NCBI GenBank assembly: GCA_045862915.1
Contig: BTVE01000004.1
Span: 38,055 to 102,054, forward strand
DNA length: 64,000 bases
From: Acidimicrobiia bacterium
GTDB lineage: Bacteria; Acidobacteriota; Vicinamibacteria; Vicinamibacterales; SCN-69-37
Direction: 5' to 3'
In this document: positions 29,547 through 37,746 of the stretch, piece by piece
Numbering within the stretch: the first letter of the stretch is position 1
Layout of the letters: each line of letters begins with the position of its first letter
Translations under genes and position numbers: made by a program
Notes under the pieces: generated by a model
Database searches by the model: none
What the model was told of the DNA's origin: nothing
What the model saw: only the letters and a program-made list of their open reading frames with translations

Positions 29547-31232
29547 ATGCCGTACACGATCGGGGTCGACTACGGCACCAACTCGGTTCGCGCAGTCGTG
29601 GTCGACTGCGCCAACGGCCAGGCCGTCGGCACGAGTGTCTTCGCGTATCCCAGCGGCGACCAGGGGGTGTTGCTGCACCCGAAAGAGCCGCACCTGGCCC
29701 GGCAACATCCCGGCGACTATTTGAGAGGCCTCACGGCGTCGGTGACAGGGGCGCTTGCGCAGGCCCAGTCGGTCGACGGCTTCGACCCGTCGCAGGTGAT
29801 TGGCATCGGCGTCGACACGACGGGATCGACGCCCCTGCCTGTTGATGCGCAGGCGCGGCCCCTGGCGCTCGACCCGAAGTGGGAGTCGAATCTCGCGGCC
29901 CACGCCTGGCTCTGGAAAGACCATACGGCAGCGGACGAGGCGGCTGCGATTACCGCCATCGCGCGCGCACATGCGCCGCATCTGCTTGCGCCCATCGGCG
30001 GCATCTACTCCTCCGAGTGGTGGTGGTCGAAGATCTGGCGCTGCCTGAAGGTCGCCCCCGAGGTGTTCGACGCCGCGGCCAGCTGGGTCGAACTGGCGGA
30101 CTTCATCCCTGCCGTGCTCGCAGGCGTGAATGACTCCTCGAAGATTGTCCGGTGTGTATGTGCGGCCGGCCACAAGGCGATGTACTCGGACGTGTGGGGC
30201 GGACTCCCGGACAAGACCTTCCTGGCACGACTCGACCCCAAGCTCGCCGAGCTGCGCGACCGCCTGTACGACAAGGCGTATGCACCAGGCCGTCCGGCGG
30301 GGCAGCTCTGCGCCGAGTGGGCGCAGTCGCTGGGCCTGCGTGAAGGCATCACCATCGCCATGGGCGGGTTCGACGCCCACTACGCAGCGGTGGGCGCGGG
30401 TGTCACCACCGGCACCTGGGTCAAGATCATCGGTACGTCGACGTGTGACTGCGCCGTGGCTCCTGCGACGCAGCCCGTTGCCGACATCCCAGGCATCTGC
30501 GGGATCGTCAACGGGTCGATCATGCCGGGCTACTACGGTATCGAAGCCGGGCAGTCTGCCGTCGGCGACATTCTCAAGTGGTGGGTCGAAGAGATCTGCC
30601 GGGGCGACGACTACGCACACGCGCACCTGTCGGTTGAGGCGTCACATCTCAAGCCTGGTGAGTCCGGCTTGCTCGCGCTCGACTGGAACAACGGCAACCG
30701 GACGATCCTGGTTGATCCCCGGCTGTCAGGCCTGCTGCTGGGACAGACGCTGCATACCACGCAGGGCGAAATCTACCGCGCGTTGATTGAGGCAACGGCA
30801 TTTGGCGCCCGCGCGATCATCGAACGTGTACGCGAATACGGCGTGGCGGTCGATCGCGTCGTCTGTTGCGGCGGCATCGCGGAGAAGAACCCGCTGTTCA
30901 TGCAGATCTACGCGGACGTCATCGGGCAGCCGATGCTGATTGCCGGCTCGCCACAGACGCCGGCGCTTGGGGCGGCGGTGGCGGCTGCCGTCACGGCGGG
31001 AGCAGCGGCCGGCGGATACGATGACTGGGGCGAGGCCCAGCGTCGCATGACGTCGGTCAAGGAGCAGTCCTACGAACCTCGGCCTGACGCTGTGGCCGTC
31101 TACAACGAGCTGTACGGCATGTACCGGGAACTGCACGACGTGTTTGGCGGCGTGCCTGGACCCAAGGCTGACCTGCCGACCCTCATGAAGCGGCTGCTCG
31201 ACCTGCGTGCACGTGTATCGGGCGGAATGTAG
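29547..31232 (+). CDS. araB: L-ribulokinase (FGGY family)
   Basis: N-terminal YTIGVDYGTNSVRA, length 561 aa, FGGY C-domain GGIAEKNPLFMQIYADV. Adjacent to araD. Confidence 0.85.
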   Translation: MPYTIGVDYGTNSVRAVVVDCANGQAVGTSVFAYPSGDQGVLLHPKEPHLARQHPGDYLRGLTASVTGALAQAQSVDGFDPSQVIGIGVDTTGSTPLPVDAQARPLALDPKWESNLAAHAWLWKDHTAADEAAAITAIARAHAPHLLAPIGGIYSSEWWWSKIWRCLKVAPEVFDAAASWVELADFIPAVLAGVNDSSKIVRCVCAAGHKAMYSDVWGGLPDKTFLARLDPKLAELRDRLYDKAYAPGRPAGQLCAEWAQSLGLREGITIAMGGFDAHYAAVGAGVTTGTWVKIIGTSTCDCAVAPATQPVADIPGICGIVNGSIMPGYYGIEAGQSAVGDILKWWVEEICRGDDYAHAHLSVEASHLKPGESGLLALDWNNGNRTILVDPRLSGLLLGQTLHTTQGEIYRALIEATAFGARAIIERVREYGVAVDRVVCCGGIAEKNPLFMQIYADVIGQPMLIAGSPQTPALGAAVAAAVTAGAAAGGYDDWGEAQRRMTSVKEQSYEPRPDAVAVYNELYGMYRELHDVFGGVPGPKADLPTLMKRLLDLRARVSGGM

Positions 31233-31263
31233 GGCGGAGCTGTAGCCCCGCCGAAGGAACCAG

Positions 31264-31965
31264 ATGCGATTTGAAGATCTCCGTCGCCGCGTCCATGACG
31301 CCAATCAATCGCTGGCCAGCAGTGGCCTGGTGATGGGCACGTTTGGCAATCTGTCCGCCGTCGATCGTGCGGCCGGGGTGATGGTCATCAAGCCCAGCGG
31401 CGTGCCGTACGACCAGCTCGGGCCCGAACACATGGTGCCCGTATCGTTGGAGACCGGGCAGGTCGTGGACTCAAGTCTGCGTCCATCCTCGGACACGCCG
31501 ACACATCTGGAGCTGTACCGCGCGTTCGGGTGCGGCGCCGTCGTCCACACACACTCCGAATACGCCACCACGCTCGCGCAGGCGCAGCGGGAGGTCCGCT
31601 GCACGGGCACGACACACGCGGATTACTTCCGCGGCGACGTGCCCGTGACCAGGGTCATGCATCGTGATGAAGTCGAGACCGACTACGAGCGCAATACCGG
31701 CTTGGTGATTGTCGAAACCTTCCGCGAACTCGGGATCACGCCCGACGATGTACAGGCCGTGCTCGTGGCCAACCACGGTCCCTTCGCCTGGGGCCCGGAT
31801 CCGGTCAAGGCCATCGAAAATGCGCGCGTGCTCGAGTTCCTCGCACGAATCGAGTGCCGCCTGCTGGCGATGGGACTCGGTGAGGAGCCCGAGTCGTTCC
31901 TGGTGGACAAACACTACCTGCGGAAACACGGCGCGACGCGGTACTACGGGCAGCCTGGGTCGTGA
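31264..31965 (+). CDS. araD: L-ribulose-5-phosphate 4-epimerase
   Basis: Class II aldolase fold motifs GTFGNLSAVDR, VIKPSGV, VVHTHS, HGPFAWG. 233 aa. Confidence 0.9.
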   Translation: MRFEDLRRRVHDANQSLASSGLVMGTFGNLSAVDRAAGVMVIKPSGVPYDQLGPEHMVPVSLETGQVVDSSLRPSSDTPTHLELYRAFGCGAVVHTHSEYATTLAQAQREVRCTGTTHADYFRGDVPVTRVMHRDEVETDYERNTGLVIVETFRELGITPDDVQAVLVANHGPFAWGPDPVKAIENARVLEFLARIECRLLAMGLGEEPESFLVDKHYLRKHGATRYYGQPGS

Positions 31966-32645
31966 TGACGCGCGCTGTCCTCTGGGACCTCGACGGCACG
32001 ATTGTCGATTCGGGTGACCTGCATTGGCTCGCGTTTCAGGACACGATGCGCGCCGCATCGATTGCGATGACCTACGAGCAGTTCGTTGGCTGTTTCGGCT
32101 GGAAAAACGATCGCATCGTCCGAATGCTGCTTGGGGAGAACGTCGCAGCCGATGTCATCACGCGGCTCAGCGACGCGAAGGAAGTGCGGTTTCGTGAGCT
32201 CGCCGCGGCCTCGGGCGTGCGGGCCCTGCCTGGCGCCGCCGAGTGGATTGCCCGCCTGCATGACGCCGGCTGGAAGCAGTCCATTGCGTCTTCTGCTCCC
32301 CGCGAGAATATTCGCGTGATGCTCGAGGCACTCGGTCTCAACCGCTACTTCGACGCGATTGTGGCGGCCGAAGACGTGTCACACGGCAAGCCGGAGCCCG
32401 AGGTGTTCCTGACGGCCGCCGCACGCGTGGGAGCAACGCCAGCGACGAGCATCGTGGTCGAGGATGCCGAAGCCGGCATCGAAGGCGCACGTCGAGCCGG
32501 CATGCGATCGATTGGTGTGCGTGCGGACATCCGGCTCGACGCGACGATTCACGTGGCGTCTCTGGCGGACCTTCCGCCGGATGCCTTCGATCGGCTGTTG
32601 GCAGGTCCGTCCCCCGCGGATGGTGGCATCATAGGTGCGCGATGA
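31962..32645 (+). CDS. HAD-superfamily hydrolase (beta-phosphoglucomutase/sugar-phosphatase-like)
   Basis: Motif I WDLDGTIVDS, motif II SSAP, motif III/IV K...VEDAEAGIEGA. Confidence 0.8.
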   Translation: MMTRAVLWDLDGTIVDSGDLHWLAFQDTMRAASIAMTYEQFVGCFGWKNDRIVRMLLGENVAADVITRLSDAKEVRFRELAAASGVRALPGAAEWIARLHDAGWKQSIASSAPRENIRVMLEALGLNRYFDAIVAAEDVSHGKPEPEVFLTAAARVGATPATSIVVEDAEAGIEGARRAGMRSIGVRADIRLDATIHVASLADLPPDAFDRLLAGPSPADGGIIGAR

Positions 32646-33808
32646 CAACCACTAGGCGATCCGCGGCAGGGCTTCGCTTTACTCGAATTCAGCTTGAGAA
32701 CTGGCGGAACTTCGGGTCGGCCGATGTGAGACTCGCGGAGCGGGTGTTTGTCGTGGGCCCGAATGCATCCGGTAAGTCGAATTTTCTCGATGCCTTCCGA
32801 TTTCTGCACGACATTGTGTCGGTCGGTGGAGGCCTGGAGGAGGCAGTCCGTAAACGACAAGGGATCTCCAAGTTGAGGTCTCTTTCGGCCAGGAATAGGT
32901 CGGACGTAGTCCTCCGCGTCGAACTTGGTGACTCAAGCGGCGAGACGTGGGACTACGCCTTGGCGCTGGGGCAGGATTCCAGGCAGCGGCCCCAGATCAA
33001 GGCCGAGTCCGTTTACCGTCGTGGACACCAGTTGTTCGAGCGTCCAGACGAATCGGATCGTGACGATCCCGAACGCCTCACCCAGACGTACCTCCAGCAG
33101 GTGAACGTCAACAAGCAATTCCGCCCGATGGTTGAGGCTCTCGCTTCGGTGCGTTATCTTCACATCGTTCCCCAGCTCATCCGAGATCCGGACCGCTCGG
33201 TTGGGCGGACAAACGACCCCTACGGCGGCGATTTTCTCCAGCAGCTTGCTGACACACCCGAAAAGACCCAGCGCGCACGGCTTGGCAGGATCGCGAAAGT
33301 GCTGGCCGTGGCAGTGCCTCAGCTGTCTGCGCTGGAATTGACGCGAGATACGAAGGGCGCACCCCACTTGCGAGGGAGGTATGAGCATTGGCGGCCTCAG
33401 GGGGCGTGGCAGACTGAGGATCAATTCTCTGACGGAACCCTCCGGCTACTTGGGCTTCTGTGGGCGATCGAGGAACAAGGGGGGCCACTGCTGCTCGAAG
33501 AGCCAGAGCTTTCGCTTCATCCCGACGTCGTCAAGTTCTTGCCACAGATGTTCGCGCGGATGCAACGGCGAACTGGACGGCAGGTGATGACCAGCACGCA
33601 CTCCAGTGATCTCCTCCGCGACGATGGCATTGGCCTCGATGAAGTGTTACTGCTGAAGCCAAGTTCTGAAGGCACAACAGTATCGACGGCGGAGGGTTAT
33701 GCCGAGATTTCCGAGCTTCTAAAGGGTGGCTCGACGCTTGCCGAGGCGGTGCTGCCGCTGACCAGGCCTCAGCGGGCCGAACAGCTGGCCCTGTTTGGTG
33801 GGGAGTGA
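32642..33808 (+). CDS. ABC-type (AAA_15/AAA_21-like, SMC/OLD-class) ATPase
   Basis: L..I.L.NWRNF lead-in, Walker A GPNASGKSN, signature-like FSDGTLRLLGLL, Walker B LLLLEEPELSLHP, H-loop TSTHS. Composition is lower in GC than the flanks. Confidence 0.85.
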   Translation: MTTTRRSAAGLRFTRIQLENWRNFGSADVRLAERVFVVGPNASGKSNFLDAFRFLHDIVSVGGGLEEAVRKRQGISKLRSLSARNRSDVVLRVELGDSSGETWDYALALGQDSRQRPQIKAESVYRRGHQLFERPDESDRDDPERLTQTYLQQVNVNKQFRPMVEALASVRYLHIVPQLIRDPDRSVGRTNDPYGGDFLQQLADTPEKTQRARLGRIAKVLAVAVPQLSALELTRDTKGAPHLRGRYEHWRPQGAWQTEDQFSDGTLRLLGLLWAIEEQGGPLLLEEPELSLHPDVVKFLPQMFARMQRRTGRQVMTSTHSSDLLRDDGIGLDEVLLLKPSSEGTTVSTAEGYAEISELLKGGSTLAEAVLPLTRPQRAEQLALFGGE

Positions 33809-34422
33809 CGACCGGCCCCGTGTTTATTTCTGGAGCCGTTGAGGGCGCTTCCGATGAACCGGTGTTCCGCCGCATCGTCGAACAGCGAGGGGGAGTCGTT
33901 CATCGACTTCAGGTTCAGAACGGCAAGGCTGGACTGAAGCGGGCTCTTCCTGGTTATAACGCCGCCGCCAGGCATTCTCCTTGGCTTGTTCTTGTTGACC
34001 TGGATCGTGACTTCCCTTGCCCCGGTGCGCTGGTGGCCGATTGGCTGCCGGCGCCGAGTCAATACATGTGCCTGCGCGTAGTCGTCCGACAAATCGAAGC
34101 GTGGTTACTCGCGGACGCGGATCGCTTCGCCTCCTTCTTTGCGGTCAGGCGAGCGGTCATTCCAGCCGACCCAGACGAACTTGAGGACTCGAAGCAGGTA
34201 GTCCTCGATCTCGTGGCAACGTCCAGGCGCAGTGGTATTCGCCAAGACATGGTTCCTCGAACAGGGTCAGGTAGGCGGGTAGGTCCAGCATACACGTCGC
34301 AACTGATTGAGTTCGTCACGAATCCCGGCGAGGGGTGGCGGTTGGACGAGGCAATGCGTCATTCCCGAAGTCTTCAGAAGTGCATTGCGCGGCTGGACGA
34401 ACTCATCGCGGCACAATCCTGA
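33805..34422 (+). CDS. Small Toprim-like protein (DUF4276/DUF4435/RloB-class), putative nuclease partner of the ATPase
   Basis: GTGA overlap with the ATPase stop. N-terminal strand then VEGASDE (Glu13), LVLVDLDRD (Asp65/67/69), RQIEAWLLAD (Glu98). ~200 aa. Confidence 0.6.
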   Translation: MTTGPVFISGAVEGASDEPVFRRIVEQRGGVVHRLQVQNGKAGLKRALPGYNAAARHSPWLVLVDLDRDFPCPGALVADWLPAPSQYMCLRVVVRQIEAWLLADADRFASFFAVRRAVIPADPDELEDSKQVVLDLVATSRRSGIRQDMVPRTGSGRRVGPAYTSQLIEFVTNPGEGWRLDEAMRHSRSLQKCIARLDELIAAQS

Positions 34423-35935
34423 AATTGCGCATCATGCCCATGTCCTCGTGTTCGAGGAGATGGCAGTGATAGAGGAACAAGCCGGGGTAGTCGCTGAAGC
34501 GGATCTGCAGCCTGACTTGTTCGTTCGGCAGGATCAGCACCGTGTCGTGCCAGCCATCATCGAGCAGGCCTTCGCGGACAGACTCCGAGCCGGGCGTGGC
34601 GCCGGTCAGCGGTGTGCGTGACAGGATGCGGAATTGGCGGCCGTGCATGTGGAACGGGTGCGCCATCGGCGTGCCCATCATGCCGCCGACATTCATGACG
34701 TTCCAGATGTGTGTGGAGCCGGCCTTCACCGTTTCACCCGGCGTCGTCTCGTGCATGTCGAACGTGCGGCCGTCCAGGAACCATTGCGCCTGGCGAAACG
34801 TGATAGGCAACTCGCGCACCGGAGCGCCGGGTTCGGCTGTCCAGCTCGCGTCGTATTTGGACAGCACATCCGGGAGCGCAAACGGCACGCTGACGCGCCG
34901 CTCGACCTTCAGTGTCATCAGCACGGCGTCCGCTGCTGATGGACCGCCCATCATGCCCATGGTGGGATCGACGTCACTTTGCGGGAATCCGACGGCCTGC
35001 AGGTGGACCGAGGAGCCCACCTCGCGGCCCGACAGATCGATGATGAGGTCGGCACGTTGCGCAGGCGCCAGCGTGAGGTGACGCATCGTGCGTGGCCGCT
35101 CCAGCAGCCCGCCGTCGGTGCCGATGACGGTGAGCGGAGTGCCGTCGCTCCAGCCGAGTTTGTAGACGCGCGAACTGGAGCCGTTCAGCAGGCGGAGTCG
35201 GTGTGCCTGAGTTGCGACGTTGTGCGTGGGCGTCGGTCGCCCGTTCACCAGGAACCGGTCGCCGAGGAAGCCGTGCATCCGGTCCATCATGCCTGGACCG
35301 AGATACGTGAACTGGTTGCCCCCGTCCAGGCGACGGTCCTGCACCACACAACACAACTCCGCATCCCCTGAGGGCAGTCGGAGGCGTGCCTCCTCATCAT
35401 CTTCGACAATCAGGAGTCCCGCGAGGCCGCGCGCGACCTGAGCGCCCGTCCGCCCGTGGGGATGCGGGTGATACCAATACGTGCCGGCACGATTGATGAC
35501 CTCGAACTCGTACACGTACTGCCGACCGGGTTCGATCGCCAGGTGGGGATGCCCGTCGGCGGCTTCCGGCACGTCGAGACCATGCCAGTGCACGATGCTG
35601 GCTTCGGGCAGGTCGTTGACGAACGTGATGCGCACGCGCTGGCCGCGGCGGAAGCGGAGCGTCGGACCCAGGTAGCTGTTCGGGTCTGTCGTCAGCGTAC
35701 CGGCCGGGCCCCGCTGCAGGGTGCCTGTGTACCGCCAGACCTGCGTCTGCGCTCCGGCAAAAAGGGGAACACTCCCAGGGGCAGCGCGCAGTGTGAGTTC
35801 CACGTCGGCCTGTCGGGGAAGTCGAAGGGGGAGCAGGCCTGCGGCCGCGCTCGTTCCGAGCAGGCGCAGGGCATCGCGGCGGGTCAGGGGCAGAGGCCAG
35901 GTTGTCATCGCCGAGATCATCGCACGCCCGTACAA
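34403..35935 (-). CDS. Tat-exported multicopper oxidase (CueO/CuoA-like)
   Basis: Tat motif TRRDALRLLG. Copper-site motifs HWHG, HPHPHG and C-terminal HCHLLEHEDMGMM. Start at one of three N-terminal Mets. Confidence 0.9.
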   Translation of the reverse strand: MYGRAMISAMTTWPLPLTRRDALRLLGTSAAAGLLPLRLPRQADVELTLRAAPGSVPLFAGAQTQVWRYTGTLQRGPAGTLTTDPNSYLGPTLRFRRGQRVRITFVNDLPEASIVHWHGLDVPEAADGHPHLAIEPGRQYVYEFEVINRAGTYWYHPHPHGRTGAQVARGLAGLLIVEDDEEARLRLPSGDAELCCVVQDRRLDGGNQFTYLGPGMMDRMHGFLGDRFLVNGRPTPTHNVATQAHRLRLLNGSSSRVYKLGWSDGTPLTVIGTDGGLLERPRTMRHLTLAPAQRADLIIDLSGREVGSSVHLQAVGFPQSDVDPTMGMMGGPSAADAVLMTLKVERRVSVPFALPDVLSKYDASWTAEPGAPVRELPITFRQAQWFLDGRTFDMHETTPGETVKAGSTHIWNVMNVGGMMGTPMAHPFHMHGRQFRILSRTPLTGATPGSESVREGLLDDGWHDTVLILPNEQVRLQIRFSDYPGLFLYHCHLLEHEDMGMMRNFRIVPR

Positions 35936-35942
35936 TGTGCTG

Positions 35943-37163
35943 ATGCGACACTTGCTGACGTGCTCCCTTCTCGTGGCGGCTGGCGTGGCGGCGGGCGCTC
36001 AGGCCCCGGCGCCCTCGGTGCGCCTGATGGATTCCCCGGCCGCAGCGTCCAGCGAGGCGCCGCAATTGACCGTCTCGTCCCGGGGTGTGTTGCTGAGCTG
36101 GATCGAGCGCCAGGGTGGCACCGCGTCGTTGAAATACGCCGAGCGTACCGGCGACGGGTGGACACCGGCGCGCACGGTGGCGTCGGGCACCGACTGGTTC
36201 GTGAACTGGGCGGATGTGCCGTCCGTCATGAGGCTGGCTGATGGATCCCTCGTAGGGCACTGGCTGCAGAAGAGCGGCGCCTCGACGTACGCCTACGACG
36301 TGCGGCTCGCACGATCGACCGACGATGGTCGCACGTGGACGTCGTCGGTGACGCCGCACCACGACGGCACGCAGACGGAGCACGGGTTTGCGTCGCTGTT
36401 CCAGATGCCGGGCGCGGGGCTGGGCCTTGTGTGGCTCGACGGACGACAGATGACCAGTGGCGGTGGCCATGACGGCCACGGCGAGGGCGCGATGTCCGTG
36501 CGGTTCGCAACGTTCGACGGCAGTTGGAAGCAGACGGCCGAGATGCCCGTCGACACACGGGTGTGTGAGTGTTGTCCGACCACAGCGGTGGTGACCAGTG
36601 AGGGACCGATCGCGGCGTTCCGCAATCGGACCGAGGATGAGACCCGCGACATCCATGTGTCGCGTTTTGAGAACGGGAAGTGGACCGAGTCGAAACCCGT
36701 GCACAACGACGGCTGGCAGATCGCCGCGTGTCCGGTCAACGGCCCGATGTTGTCGGCGTCCGGCCGGAACGTGGTCGTGGCCTGGTATACGGGCGCCAAT
36801 GATGCGGAGCACGTGTTTGCAGCGTTCTCGAAGGACGCGGGTCGCAGCTGGGGGGGGCCGATTCAACTCGACGCAGGCAAGGCCATCGGCCGGGTTGATG
36901 TCGAGATGATGCCCGATGGCAGCGCGATGGCCTCGTGGATTGAAGGCACCGATGACGGAGCCGAATTCCGCGTCCGTCGCATTCAGCCGGATGGTTCACG
37001 CGGGGGAGCGGTCACCGTCTCGAAGGTGTCGGCAACGCGAACGAGCGGGTATCCGCGCATGGCACGGCATGGCGATGATGTCGTCTTCGCGTGGCTCGAG
37101 GTCGGGCCGTCCACACCGGGGCAGCGCGCCACCACGCGTGTGCGCACGGCGGTCCTCCGGTAA
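35943..37163 (+). CDS. Secreted BNR/Asp-box repeat (sialidase-fold) protein
   Basis: Signal peptide MRHLLTCSLLVAAGVAAGAQA. Asp-boxes STDDGRTWT and SKDAGRSWG. Start set at the internal Met. Confidence 0.65.
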   Translation: MRHLLTCSLLVAAGVAAGAQAPAPSVRLMDSPAAASSEAPQLTVSSRGVLLSWIERQGGTASLKYAERTGDGWTPARTVASGTDWFVNWADVPSVMRLADGSLVGHWLQKSGASTYAYDVRLARSTDDGRTWTSSVTPHHDGTQTEHGFASLFQMPGAGLGLVWLDGRQMTSGGGHDGHGEGAMSVRFATFDGSWKQTAEMPVDTRVCECCPTTAVVTSEGPIAAFRNRTEDETRDIHVSRFENGKWTESKPVHNDGWQIAACPVNGPMLSASGRNVVVAWYTGANDAEHVFAAFSKDAGRSWGGPIQLDAGKAIGRVDVEMMPDGSAMASWIEGTDDGAEFRVRRIQPDGSRGGAVTVSKVSATRTSGYPRMARHGDDVVFAWLEVGPSTPGQRATTRVRTAVLR

Positions 37164-37178
37164 CCACCCGGCAATGTT

Positions 37179-37721
37179 GTGACCCACGGACCCCTGCAGA
37201 CGCTGCTCGAGCATCGCGCCCGGTTTCTCAGCTTCATCCACGCGCGGGTCGGAGAGCGCAGCACTGCGGAAGACATTCTGCAGAGCGCTTACACGCGCCT
37301 GCTCGAACAGCCGCCACAGATTCCCGCCGGCCACGAAGTGCCGTGGTTCTACCGTGTCCTCAGAAATGCGGTGGTGGATCGCCACCGCCGGGAGACCAGC
37401 GAAGGTCGTCGCCACGACGCGTGGCTGGCTGATCCGACGCGGACGCCCGACCAGCGGGCGGCAGGCCGGTTGTGTCGGTGCACCCTGAGTGCTCTGGCGT
37501 CGCTGAAACCGCAGTACGTCCGAATCATCGAACAGGTGGATCTCGAGGGCCGGGTCGTGACCGACATTGCCCGATCCGAGGGACTGTCGCCGACCAACGC
37601 CTACGTCCGGCTGCACCGCGCACGCCGCCAACTGGCCGATCGCCTGCGTACGTTGTGCCGGCACTGCGCCGACAACGCCTGCGCCGACTGCCACTGTAAG
37701 GATTCTGGTCCGCCTGCGTGA
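37179..37721 (+). CDS. ECF sigma factor with C-terminal Cys-rich extension (CorE-like, metal-responsive type)
   Basis: Region 2 ([11 protein letters not shown]...[15 protein letters not shown]) and region 4 ([23 protein letters not shown]). CxC (LCRC) in the linker and a C-terminal [14 protein letters not shown] tail. GTG start. Confidence 0.8.
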   Translation: MTHGPLQTLLEHRARFLSFIHARVGERSTAEDILQSAYTRLLEQPPQIPAGHEVPWFYRVLRNAVVDRHRRETSEGRRHDAWLADPTRTPDQRAAGRLCRCTLSALASLKPQYVRIIEQVDLEGRVVTDIARSEGLSPTNAYVRLHRARRQLADRLRTLCRHCADNACADCHCKDSGPPA

Positions 37722-37746
37722 TTCCACCAGGAGCCACGAAACGACA

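Noticed and set aside
32642-34422. The lower-GC ATPase/Toprim islet considered as a mobile element or prophage remnant.
   Set aside because: I found no integrase, transposase, flanking direct or inverted repeats, or tRNA. Both gene boundaries are tight (4-nt overlap with the HAD gene, 20-nt convergent overlap with the oxidase gene). Only the compositional deviation supports horizontal origin.
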